Positions 44,457-55,007 are shown, counted from the stretch's first letter. The stretch is 64,000 nt of DNA from an uncultured Planctomycetota bacterium (GCA_963823665.1 CAWGMQ010000004.1:1888001-1952000); one strand, 5' to 3'. Notes: generated by a model from the sequence alone, not told the origin. Made by a program: numbers and translations.

Positions 44457-45012
44457 TTTGCTCCTCCGCCAACCATCGCCTCAACCGCGATCCGAGCGGG
44501 CGCGGCTCCATTCTGGGCAATGTCGATTTCCGTCACTATAAATGTTCTCCGATTTCGCGGGTAAGCTCACATTTTCAATTTCTTGCTAACGCCTCGTGTC
44601 GACTCGCAGGCGAGCGGGTACCGAAGTCAAGCAGAGATGTTAAGAAGCAGCGGGCAATTCATCTCGTGAAAACGTTTGAGATGTCAGGTAGTATACCGAC
44701 AGATATCGGAAGCGCCAGAGGCGGTGGCACCGCACGCAAGCCGCGTGGTACGGGCGGAGCTTGCGTGGGTGGATTTCGGTCGGCGGTCATTAGCGGATTC
44801 TCGAACACGATCGCGAAGTGGTTCAGTGCTACTTGTCATTTTGCGTTACGAAGCGACACAGGTATTCGGTCGGGAGGCGTTCAATGGCGAACATCGTCGA
44901 GACGCTCTAGAAATATGCTCTAAATGAGCAATACGATCGATGGCATGCAAGCAAGTTTAAGGATCGGAACGATATCGCCAGGGAGCACCTGCGGCGATTT
45001 TTTGACGCGACT

Positions 45013-45645
45013 ATGGATGAAGTCAGGCTGCTGCACGCCTCGAAATACGGTTATGAAGTGCTAGCGCTGACCGACCTCGAAGATCATGACCACGACATTC
45101 GCCTGGATTATGCCGACGCGATCCAGGTTGGAGTAGTTTGCGGGGGGCGATACGGCAAAAAACCGCGCCCTTATGTTTTGACCTATTATCCTGAAGGGGA
45201 TCCTGACCGAGGACGATGGTTCCTGACGTTTGATCGCACCGAGATCGAGGACATCAGTGACGGGCGAATGGCAGAGATTACGTTGTACTGCTGCACGTCG
45301 CCCGAGTGCCGCTGCAAGTTTCGCGAGCAGAACGATTACTGCTTCTATTGTGACTATGCGGACGATCCGAACTTTGGGACCTTCAACTTTCCGGAAGCCC
45401 AATCGAAATTAGCAGAGCGGGGTATCGGGGGGTTATCAGAAAACTCGACCAAGGAAGAGGTTATCAAAGCGCTCGGCCCGCCGGATGGGTCTGGCGGTGG
45501 GATTGAACATCCACCGCTTGGTTACATTTGGCCCTGGACCCTATACCGGTTTGTGGACTGCCAGCTTCGTTTCGAGTTCAACACGAATAGCACGAGGATT
45601 CGCAGCATCAACATCATGGAAAGGGACTGGGAACCGGGCAAGTGA
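45013..45645 (+). CDS. Hypothetical protein with Cys cluster (CCxxxxC...CxxC)
   Basis: 210-aa ORF with plausible composition; C-terminal STKEEVIKALGPPD small alpha/beta domain. Confidence 0.65.
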   Translation: MDEVRLLHASKYGYEVLALTDLEDHDHDIRLDYADAIQVGVVCGGRYGKKPRPYVLTYYPEGDPDRGRWFLTFDRTEIEDISDGRMAEITLYCCTSPECRCKFREQNDYCFYCDYADDPNFGTFNFPEAQSKLAERGIGGLSENSTKEEVIKALGPPDGSGGGIEHPPLGYIWPWTLYRFVDCQLRFEFNTNSTRIRSINIMERDWEPGK

Positions 45646-45712
45646 AGCGGCTGACAAAGCGTTGCACCTCGCCGCACCCCCATTCTGATTTTGCACGACA
45701 CCACGCCGTTAC

Positions 45713-46072
45713 GACGCACGCAGCTACGAGCTGATCGCCCGCGTCTTCGACGGAAAGACTGAGGGCCTCACCCGCGACGACATCCTCGACAACATCACGA
45801 TCACCTGGTTGACGAACACGGCGATTTCTAGCGCCCGTCTCTATTGGGAGTATTTTGGGAAAGGGTATTTCAATGCCAAAGGCGTCTCGATCCCGGTTGC
45901 CGTGAGCGTCTTTCCTGACGAACTCTATCCAGCCCCGCGGAGTTGGACAGAGCAGGCGTATCCCAAACTGATCCATTACAATCGCTTGCCAAAGGGCGGA
46001 CACTTCGCCGCCTGGGAGCGGCCGCAACTTTTTTCAGAGGAAGTTCGTGCGGGGTTCAGATCGCTGCGATAA
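45713..46072 (+). pseudogene. 3' fragment of an epoxide hydrolase
   Basis: LTRDDILDNITITWLTNTAISSARLYWE...GGHFAAWERP; N-terminal part absent. Confidence 0.85.
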
Positions 46073-46155
46073 TAGACGGCGAAAGTGGCAACCTGATCTG
46101 AAAGAAAGGTCAATGGCCCAAATGTTCGCAGTCCAACAGGAGGCAGGGAGGAATC

Positions 46156-46938
46156 ATGAAACTCACAGGCAAGAAGGCGCTCATCACCGGCGGAAACAGC
46201 GGCATCGGCTTGGCCACTGCCCGCCTTTTCGTTGCAGAAGGCGCTGAAGTCGCGATTACCGGCCGGGACCAGAAGTCGCTGGATCAAGCAGTCGCCGAAC
46301 TGGGGCCCAACGTGCGCGGCTATCGCGCCGACGTTACCGTCGCGGACGACCGGAAGCGGCTCTTCGCGGATCTTGCCAAGGATTTCGGCAAGCTGGACAT
46401 CGTCTTCGCCAATGCCGGCATCTCCGGCCAGACCCCTACCGGCTCGACCGACGAGGCGATTTTTGAGAATGTCATTCGTACCAACCTCAGTGCCGCTTTT
46501 TTTACGGTGAATTCAGCTGCCCCTTTGCTGAACGAGAACGGCAGCATCATCTTTAACGGATCGGTACACAACCATCTGGGCCAAGCCGGTGTGGCCGCAT
46601 ATGCGGCCACGAAGGGCGGCGTTGTCTCCATGGCGCGTTCCATCGCCGCCGATCTTGCACCGCGCAACATTCGTGTGAACGTCGTGGCGCCAGGCGCGAC
46701 GAAGACTCCCATTTGGAATCGCGGGCCACGCGCTTCTATGTCTGCAGATGAGTCCGCCAAGCTGGCCGAAGCCATCTCGTCCAGGATTCCACTGGGCCGC
46801 TGGGGTGAGCCGGAAGAACTTGCCAAAGCCGTACTTTTCCTTGCCTCAGATGACTCCTCCTACGTCAACGCCATCGAGCTGATCGTTGATGGAGGCGCGA
46901 CGGGCGCACCGTGGGGAACGCCCATTTTTCACGAATAA
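46156..46938 (+). CDS. Short-chain dehydrogenase/reductase
   Basis: TGGNSGIG, ANAG, YAATK, RVNVVAPG. Confidence 0.95.
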   Translation: MKLTGKKALITGGNSGIGLATARLFVAEGAEVAITGRDQKSLDQAVAELGPNVRGYRADVTVADDRKRLFADLAKDFGKLDIVFANAGISGQTPTGSTDEAIFENVIRTNLSAAFFTVNSAAPLLNENGSIIFNGSVHNHLGQAGVAAYAATKGGVVSMARSIAADLAPRNIRVNVVAPGATKTPIWNRGPRASMSADESAKLAEAISSRIPLGRWGEPEELAKAVLFLASDDSSYVNAIELIVDGGATGAPWGTPIFHE

Positions 46939-47012
46939 CCTCGGAGCCCGTTCCGTTTTGGTGCAATAACAACGCAGGGCGACTGGTCCCTGCCCAGCAG
47001 AAAGTGTGTTCC

Positions 47013-47740
47013 ATGTCACATCACTTTGATACGCCAACCGCCCGAGAAGACCCGCGCATCTGCGTAAACGATTTTTATTTGTTCGATGGGGCCGCTGGCG
47101 CGACCGTTATGGCCATGACGGTGAACGCCGATGCGGGATTGTCCGCACCGGATACATTCCGAGATGAGGGCCTGTACGCTTTCCGCTTCGACCTGAACGG
47201 CGACGCGCGGGAGGAGCTCACGTTCAAGTTCAGGTTCGGCGCCCCACGCCATGCCGACGGGACCGAGCATCGCCACGTCCAGGACTTCCAGGTTCGCATG
47301 GCAAGCGGCGCGGATGCCCTTCACGGCCTCGGCGGCGAGTTGCTTGCTGAAGGCGAAACCGGAGAATGCGTCGGCCGATCGGGGATACGGGCCTACGCCG
47401 GACTGGCTCCGGACCTGTTCGCCGTCGATCAGGCGGGGGTTCATGACTTCATGACATCGTTCTACAAAGAGCAAAAGTACAACCCCCAGGCCTTCGTTCA
47501 TCGAAAGAATTTCTTCGCCAATCGGAACGTCTCGGCGATCGTGCTGGAAGTCCCCAATCGCCTGATTGGGGAAGGCACGGTCCGAGCCTGGGCGACGGCT
47601 TCACTCGTCGGTCATGCGCCGGAGGTCCAGGTGTCACGCTGGGGGCTGCCGATGATCACGCACATCTTTCTGAGCGATCACAGCAAAGATCTCAAGGAAG
47701 CCTTCAACCGTTCCTTGCCTTGCGACGATGTGGCAAGGCA
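47013..47740 (+). pseudogene. DUF4331-like protein, 3' truncated
   Basis: MSHHFDTP...D.YLF, YAFRFD, NFFANRNVSAIVLEVP, QVSRWGLP; recognisable similarity stops near 47740. Confidence 0.7.
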
Positions 47741-47976
47741 CTTACGTCGCTCGTCTATCTTCATCCGCTTGACGTTGCGCCGGGTCGAGCCTCCACGGTG
47801 GACGCTGAATCCGGCACAATCCGGTCATGGCCGGCGATCGTGATCGTGCGACCAGTTTTACTCGCGACTCCGAGCGTACCGGACGAGTTGCCTTGCCTGA
47901 TCATCTGTCGTCTCGCCAGATTGATAATCGGAATCGAAGACAAGACATCGCGAGGTGCCCTTTCAGGTGGCCGGTC

Positions 47977-48402
47977 TCACTTCACCGAGGCGCCACGAAT
48001 CTTCAATACGGACTTTGCAACAACTTTGTCCTTCGTAGCACCCGAAGATTTGGGTAGCGCTGGTCGAGACGTCGGGCGGTTTTTGAGCCCCATTGCCGGG
48101 CCGGCTGCGGCTTTTTTTTTCGCCCGCTTCGCGGCTTTCTGCTTGTCGTATACCTTGCGTAGCTGCCAGTCGGATTCCAAGCCCAACCACATGGTCGCCG
48201 ACACGCCGAACGCCCGCTGTAGCTGCAACGCAGTCTCGGCCGTGATGCTTTTCTTTCCGTTGATGATTGCGCCCACGATCTGGAGCGGACGGCCCATCTT
48301 CTCGGCAAGTAGCCTCTGCGTCCAACCGCGCTCTTTTAACTCATCCCGGATAAGATCGCCCGGGGGGAACGCCCCAAATACCTGGTTCCATTTGACAGTC
48401 AT
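47977..48402 (-). CDS. higA: HigA-family XRE antitoxin with Lys-rich tail
   Basis: PPGDLIRDELKERGWTQ...IINGKKSITAETALQL...WLGLESDWQL. Confidence 0.9.
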   Translation of the reverse strand: MTVKWNQVFGAFPPGDLIRDELKERGWTQRLLAEKMGRPLQIVGAIINGKKSITAETALQLQRAFGVSATMWLGLESDWQLRKVYDKQKAAKRAKKKAAAGPAMGLKNRPTSRPALPKSSGATKDKVVAKSVLKIRGASVK

Positions 48403-48418
48403 CGCGCCCCCTCGGATC

Positions 48419-48715
48419 TCAGTGGTAGTCTTCTATGCCGGTCAAGACAAGTCGGTTACCCTCGTCTGTCGACTCGATTTGAAAAATCAAACGGAATTGG
48501 TCGTTGATGCGCATCGAGTACTCGTACTTACGCTTCCCTTTCAACTTCTCGAAATGAAGTCCTTTGACCGCTCGCAGATCGTTCTCGTTCTCAGCTCTCA
48601 CGATCAGACGTAGCACTTTTAAGAAAGCTTTGACGACTTCCTTGCTATACCCACCGGTAAAATCGGGATCGTCCTCAATCCCTTGCAACGTCTTGTCCTC
48701 ATGTCGGTACAACAT
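48419..48715 (-). CDS. higB: HigB/RelE-family toxin
   Basis: LHFEKLKGKR..YSMRINDQFRLIF...IEDYH; toxin-first order. Confidence 0.9.
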   Translation of the reverse strand: MLYRHEDKTLQGIEDDPDFTGGYSKEVVKAFLKVLRLIVRAENENDLRAVKGLHFEKLKGKRKYEYSMRINDQFRLIFQIESTDEGNRLVLTGIEDYH

Positions 48716-48807
48716 TCATTGCCATACTAGCATTGCTACCATGCCCAGGCTAGTCTGAGCGGGCAAGTGCGAAGGCTACTTGAGCCCAACGTTGAGAGCT
48801 TAGTTCA

Positions 48808-49050
48808 ATGGAGAATCCACGACGATGCAGGATCACTCTAAGGCATTGGCTGCTGATCGTCGTAATCGCCGCGCTGATTGCTTATGCCGTTGTTCAGACG
48901 ATTTCGACCATGCGTCGCATCGAACGGGCGGCCGAGGTGGAGCGCACGCGGTGGTTACAACTAATGAAGGCGGACGAACGGGCATCCAAAGAAACGCGCA
49001 TCATGCACTTGGACCCGAAAACAGCAAGAGTGCCCAAAGAAATCGAATGA
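48808..49050 (+). CDS. Small single-TM hypothetical protein
   Basis: RITLRHWLLIVVIAALIA N-terminus, a pattern frequent in planctomycete small membrane proteins. Confidence 0.55.
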   Translation: MENPRRCRITLRHWLLIVVIAALIAYAVVQTISTMRRIERAAEVERTRWLQLMKADERASKETRIMHLDPKTARVPKEIE

Positions 49051-49534
49051 GGCACAGGCTCAGCGACTGGTAAACTGCGCGGAGATCTCGTACACATGGC
49101 GTTGGTTCATCGCAACGGCGGAACGTACACCCACCGATGCGTTCGGCGGAATGTAAGGGTTACCTCGGAATACGGGGGAAGGGGCGTACACGCCTTCCTC
49201 ATCTCGCGGCTCGAGGCCATCGAGCTCGTCAGAACGCTCCTTTGAGCCAACCTGCCCGAATCTGTAGATTCCCGACTGCTGGTTCGACGATACGGCGGTC
49301 CGACGATTGCATGCTTCCGCCCGAACTGACCGGAGCGTAGCACCTCCGACGACGTCACGGTCGGCGCCCTGCGCGAGTCGGCTGCGTCCCAGCCCGGCCT
49401 GATGCTTCCGTCTTAAGCTCGCCAGAATGGAACGCCCGAGTCGAGAAGCGCCCGGCTCGCCTTTCGGTCGAGGGCCAGCTAAAGATAGACTGTAACGCGG
49501 AACGGTTTGGCGGGTGGCCACCTGTCAGATCGAG

Positions 49535-49600
49535 CGAACCCGGCGAGTCGTGGCATCCCCTGTCCGTGACTGCCGGGTTCGGCCCGACTCACAGGGGAAA
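49535..49600 (+). promoter_or_regulatory. Leader hairpin with anti-SD loop (copy 1)
   Basis: 18-bp stem 49535-49553/49564-49581, loop CATCCCCTGT complementary to ACAGGGGA at 49591-49598. Confidence 0.55.
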
Positions 49601-49604
49601 TAGA

Positions 49605-50498
49605 ATGTCGGCAGGAAACGAGCCCGACCGGCCGAGTTTTACATTCAAGTATGACTTCGAGCCGCCACAGACAATAGTTGTGACCCGCGAAATGTTGGAG
49701 CGGGAATCCGCGCTCCAAAACATACGTGACTGGGTACCGGACCCTAAAACGCTAACTGTCGGCCTATTGGCACGCCTGCTTTACGACATGGACAAGCTTT
49801 GGCCCGACCCGACGCAACGCGTCCCAGACGCGTACGTCCGCCGAAGCGTCGTACTCAACGAATGCGCCGCATACGGTGATTTCGTCCGATGGGCAAACAC
49901 TGTGCTTGGTCGTAATGGTGATTTTGAAGCAGCGAAGGAACTGCAATCACAACTTGCTCGCCGCCTTAAGAGGACGTTTGCGGAAATTGACTTGATGCCC
50001 CTCGGTGACGCCGTGCGGACAATCCTTGAGCCCGAGGATGCTTGCATCGAGTCCGCCGACCGGATGAGCACGGCAACGAATGCCGCAGAGCTTGTCTATC
50101 AAAACGCTAGCAATCTAGCTCCACATGATCCGTGGCTTCGTGACAAACTGAAGTCGCTCGTTACGCAAACGCCGCCCGTCTTGGACGCAGGCATAGACGC
50201 GAAACCAGCGGGACGGGCGACGGAAGTCGCACCTGTCCCGGCGCCAGCCAGTCCACCAGGTGACCCCGCCTCCCGCGCCGTGGCTGCCGCATATCAACTT
50301 CGGAAAGGAGGCAAGTCGGTGACCATCCGCGCCGTTTGCAGAGCCGCAGGGGTGGATCGCAACAACCTGGCCGACAACCACCCTGAAATCATCCAGCTTA
50401 TCCGTCAACTTGGCGAACCGGATCGTAAGCCACCTTCCGGAACGCGCGACCGCCGGACTGGGGACTTGCAAGCCGTAGACGATTCAGAAGACGACTGA
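49605..50498 (+). CDS. Hypothetical protein with C-terminal HTH (module copy 1, gene A)
   Basis: C-terminal AYQLRKGGKSVTIRAVCRAAGVDRNNL HTH; paralogous C-terminus to 55065-55841. Confidence 0.75.
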   Translation: MSAGNEPDRPSFTFKYDFEPPQTIVVTREMLERESALQNIRDWVPDPKTLTVGLLARLLYDMDKLWPDPTQRVPDAYVRRSVVLNECAAYGDFVRWANTVLGRNGDFEAAKELQSQLARRLKRTFAEIDLMPLGDAVRTILEPEDACIESADRMSTATNAAELVYQNASNLAPHDPWLRDKLKSLVTQTPPVLDAGIDAKPAGRATEVAPVPAPASPPGDPASRAVAAAYQLRKGGKSVTIRAVCRAAGVDRNNLADNHPEIIQLIRQLGEPDRKPPSGTRDRRTGDLQAVDDSEDD

Positions 50499-50649
50499 CC
50501 CCGCCAATTTACCCCGCCAGGCAAAACCGTTTTCGCCCTGGAAAACAACCGGTTTCACGACCCCGCCATCCAGCCACGACCCCGCCACCCGCGCGATAGG
50601 TCATGAAGCCGCGAAGTGCGGCATTCAAAACCCAACCGTGGAGTGGATC
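50498..50649 (+). promoter_or_regulatory. ACCCCGCCA direct-repeat array plus hairpins (copy 1)
   Basis: Perfect copies at 50498, 50511, 50560 and 50579; central inverted repeat; GCCGC-GAAGT-GCGGC hairpin before the RBS. Confidence 0.7.
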
Positions 50650-51243
50650 ATGTCACGCAGAAAACCGCCAGATACGTTTCGGCCCAAGGAATCCCCGATC
50701 GTATGGTTCCGGGAAATGCTGCTCGCCGTTGACCGTGGCGATTTTCATCGCGCCGCTGAGTCGCAACGCCAACTTGACCGCCTCGGGTGGCAAGTGACCC
50801 AGAAGAGAACCCGCCAGTTCATCGTCGCATACCTCTGGCAGGGAGAGCAGGTATTGTCCGGCGAACTCGAGCATGTCCGCAGATCGCGTGACGAACTCAG
50901 CGAAGAGAATCTGGACTCATCAGATGTGCACAAGGTGCTCAAGCCATGGCTGCCCGACCTGGTCCGAGCGATGCGAGACGCGACCGACCGCTATCAAATG
51001 CGGCGCACTCGCGGTTTGCAGCACCAACTGCAAGAGGCATTGGGGTCGCCTGTCCTTAAAGAAGAACACGTCAACGGAGCGCAGAAGGAGGCACCAACCA
51101 TCTCGATACGGTTGATGGACGGAATGAATTGGGTCGAAAAAATTTCGCGTTTAGTAGAGCATATGATGAAAGCCGTGGGCGTCGTCACGAAAGCCATAGA
51201 GTATTTTTCAGGGACCAGCTCGCCGTCCCCACCTTCCAAGTGA
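50650..51243 (+). CDS. Hypothetical protein (module copy 1, gene B)
   Basis: 197 aa, full-length paralog of 55993-56586; N-terminal WFREMLLAVDRGDFHRAAESQRQLDRLGW. Confidence 0.8.
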   Translation: MSRRKPPDTFRPKESPIVWFREMLLAVDRGDFHRAAESQRQLDRLGWQVTQKRTRQFIVAYLWQGEQVLSGELEHVRRSRDELSEENLDSSDVHKVLKPWLPDLVRAMRDATDRYQMRRTRGLQHQLQEALGSPVLKEEHVNGAQKEAPTISIRLMDGMNWVEKISRLVEHMMKAVGVVTKAIEYFSGTSSPSPPSK

Positions 51244-51702
51244 TCAAACCGTTAAACGCCGCCAGGCGCGGCCGTCTACATTTTGATGCGTGCCTCCGAG
51301 GTCCCCAATAGGCCCACATCCAAGGGGGAGGTTATGATTTGATCGATCACCATCGCGTTCGCATATTAGAGCTCGGCTCGTCGAGGGGTCACCCGCTCAC
51401 TGGCGGAACGGCGCAGAGGAGGTACCCACGCTTTTCAGCTCGGAACACAAGATCATTAATCCAGTGGCCGAGGCGAGAGGTCACGTTATACTCTGAACAA
51501 GAACCAATCTGCGGCGCCGAAGGCGCAGTCCAATGGCTCGCCTTGGCGGCGGACCGAATTCGACGGTCGCGTCCGAGAAGTCAACAGGCCGTCTGATATC
51601 CGATCTCTAGGAATCGTCCGTACCGCGAATCGCGAGACTCCCATGAAAGAACCCAGGCGCAACTCACGCGATCCTACACTCGGACAGAAAGTAGCGCATC
51701 CG

Positions 51703-52925
51703 ATGGTTAGACAAACGAAGCGGGTGCAACTTACCAGCGACGATTGGTCGCGCCTCTCCGCTTCAGATTTCGAACGTCTCTGCGCGGATATGCTGCGTTC
51801 GTTCGGCTTTCAGAACGTTCAGTTGCTGGCGGGACCCGGTGACAAGGGGCGCGATATCTTATGTGACCGGACCGTTCAGTTCGGACCCGGAATTAGCACC
51901 ACGCTTTCATGGATTGTTCAGTGCAAGCACACAGTCGGCGGACTTTCGAAACACGTCGTCTACAAAGATCTGGTCAAAGCCAAGGAACACAGAGCGGACT
52001 TTTGGTGGCTCCTCACAACCGCCGACGTTACACCCGCCCTCTATGACTGGATTCGCGCCATCGAACGTACGGAGTTTCCATTTCGCATGGGCTGCCTTGA
52101 TCGGCGAGCCCTCGATAGCGCGATGCTCGAGCTCCCGCGCCTCCTCGGCAAGTATTTTCCGTTCGAGCTTGGTCCGCAGGAACGAGTGTGGGCGGAAGTG
52201 ATGTCGGTCATGTCAAACGGCCGTTACGTGCAAGCGCTGGAAACGCTGCAGGCAAATGACGATGGATTACATCCCAGAACTTCCTATCTCATTGCTTGCT
52301 GTCTCTCGATGCTCGCGCACGACGCTAATTCGCAACCGAACCTTCAGAAGGCGTTTCGTGCTTTGGAGGAAGCAAACGCTCGTGGTTACATTCCATATAT
52401 GCAGCAGCTGGTGGGATGGCCTGAAAACAAGTGCCGCGCCCAGGTAAGGCTGGATCCAGAGCTAACCCTTCTCCTTCAGTCTGACCGCACGCGATTTCTA
52501 GCTCTGTTCGGCGCGGACACGAGTGACGGGGACCGGGAGATGTGTCTAGCGGCCGACACTTTAGTGCAAGTTGAGGAAGCCGAAGAGCGCCCAATCGGTC
52601 AGCTGCGGCCTGGGACCAGACTTCTCACGCAGATTGCGGATGTCCCAGAGTTTGGAGAGGTCGCGATGGTACGGCAACAGCAGGTGGCGGGCACGTTCCT
52701 CATTAACAACAGCGTAAAAGCAACAGCCGCTCATCGTTTTGCAACCATTGACGGCTGGCGAAGTGCCGAAGACTCCGTATTGGTGACGTGCTCATTACTG
52801 CCGATGGCTGGCAAGGCATTTCGAGTATCAATTACGAGCCAAATCTCGCGCTGGTCTGTCAAATGACAGTGTTGGGCCAACCCTGCTTTTACGCGAATGG
52901 TTACCTCGTTCACAATGACAAATAA
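51703..52925 (+). CDS. Mrr-like restriction endonuclease - TPR - Hint (intein-like) fusion, frameshift near 52772
   Basis: FERLCADML, GPGDKGRDI, VQCKH (Mrr_cat); YLIACCLS...DPEL (TPR-like); CLAADTLV, ATAAHRF and, after a 1-nt shift, LRIGDVL...FYANGYLVHNDK*. Confidence 0.8.
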
Positions 52926-52985
52926 ACCTCCCATCCACACTCTCAGTGTGTGCTTCCCAACCGGTTCAAGACCAAGTAGCCCACA

Positions 52986-53434
52986 TGACTGTATCGTCTT
53001 ACGCTAGTTTGCCCATAACGAGCACGGGTGAGCCGCATTGGCGGGTGTGTTTGCCGGCGGATCTGGAAGCAAGAGTGCTTGATCGTCTTCAACTCACGAA
53101 CCCGGCCAAGGCAATCGATGCGTTCGCGCACGACTATCCCGAATTCGCCATGGCTATCCGAGAACGGGCAGCGCAACTTCAACGAATCGACGGAGTCATG
53201 GATCTGCCGGCTGCGGCGTGCGTGCGGCTGGACGGCCAGAAACCACTGCCACCACCGTTCGTGCCTCCGCGTGCCGGGCGCCGAACGGCGACTTCGCCAA
53301 TTCCCGCATTGCGAACCAAGCACTGTCACTGGTACACACGCGAAGGGGCAGCATTCTCCCCATGTAATACTCCACATTTTTTGATTAGATCCCAGTCCCG
53401 CGAGCTAGTCTCTCCCGGTTGCGGGACTGATTAG
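52986..53434 (+). CDS. Hypothetical protein
   Basis: Co-oriented ORF about 60 bp after the nuclease-Hint gene; no recognisable motif. Confidence 0.4.
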
Positions 53435-53987
53435 TCTTTCCGACAGCGATCGCGTCGCTCATCCCGAATTTACCCTACGTGTTCATCGGATCATGATTCA
53501 AGCCGCAAAGGACCGAGGATCGAAGAATAAGACTCATGTGAAGCGCAAGACCAGATCCCGAGCGTAGCAATTGCTATCTCCAACACCGTGGGGTAAAATA
53601 AAGAAAGTACGGGGGCTCATCTGGAAGGACTCGCCCCCGATGCTTCGCGCGTGTCGGTCGGGCACAGATGCTATGCGAAGCGTATCTTCCCAGCTCCTGT
53701 CATCGCGTGATATTGTCCGCGAGACAGGTTGAAATAAAACCCGCATTCGTAACAAGCCACGAGCAATTTCCTTTCGAGTACGTTCCCGACTGCGGCGACT
53801 CGCCGTGACAAGTAAGGCGCTGCAGTCAGGAAAAGCCGAAGGAAACGAACACGCGCCCTTGGGGACATTCCCCGGGGGCCGTGTCGTTATATCAGAACCA
53901 GTTCGGCTATGAATTAATCGGCCCGAACCGCTCATAATCACTGAAGAACTCTCTGATTATTGCCCTCCCGCACTTCGTTGAATCAAC

Positions 53988-54549
53988 TCACTCATTCTTG
54001 GCGATCCTGAAAAATGCACCCTGACGATCAAAGTCTTTTCGCTGTGTCATAAGAGCTTTAAATCGTTTGCTGAGATTCGCGACCGTTTTGAACCGTGGAT
54101 CATTTCGTTCGGCAATTCTTGCCACATCACTAGGACTCAACAAAGCCCCATTTGCATCTCGAAGAATCCGCTCCGCGACGTCGTCGAGCTGCAAGTTTTC
54201 GCCTCGTTCGGTGCTAATTCGGGACACAGCCTCATACAACCGTGATTGAGCCTTCTGGGGACGTTTGTCTAATGGACGTTTCCGACCAACTTCATCGCTA
54301 TTGTTGTTGGGCGCCTTAGTCCCTGAAAAAGCATCGAATACAGCCTGCATCGCTGACCGCAAGTTACCCAGCACCTTTCGTTTACGATCGACACTAGATC
54401 GGACCGAGTCGCGCGCCTTGCAGGTCAGCGATTTGACTCTCAAGCTCATCGATTTCCTTCTCATCGGCATCGATTTGTGTCTCGAGCCGAAGGATCTGTT
54501 TCTCAATCTCATCCAAATTTGGGACCGTCTCATCCAAGTTTGGGGCCAT
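53988..54549 (-). CDS. Coiled-coil plus putative winged-helix protein, frameshift near 54400
   Basis: MAPNLDE...LETQIDADEKEIDELESQIADLQ (ORF 54394-54612) joins VDRKRKVLGNLR...FDRQGAFFRI (ORF 53988-54569). Confidence 0.55.
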
Positions 54550-55007
54550 TTCAATGCTCCCCAGATCATCCGATGTGCAGCGCATCAATACGTTCAACGG
54601 ATCGTAACACATTGACCTGCGCGAATCAATACCCAGGTCCGATGGACCGAATCCTATGCGTGACCGTAATAATTACGTATATAATTTTATAGATGTGTAG
54701 TAACGGATCAGCGAACTTATTGGATATACTGTTGGTAACCCTGTCCTGTCGTATAAATCCCGATCCAACCACAAACCGGGTCGGCTTCGATGACGGCCGA
54801 CGTGCTTCCCACCTCAGCATCGCGAGCATCAATCAACGTAGGCGATTATTAATCGCGCGGATTTCACTGCACGGGTGGGTCATTTACCGGCAACTGACCT
54901 TTAGTTCACGGCATCTTCGACATTCCATTCACGGACCGCCATGGTGTACCCTTGAACTGAGCGGGTTGAATCACCGCTTGCAAGCGGTGAATCACATCGC
55001 AGACCTC

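Noticed and set aside
44500..45000. Coding region or ncRNA
   Set aside because: Only short ORFs without recognisable motifs or convincing structure.
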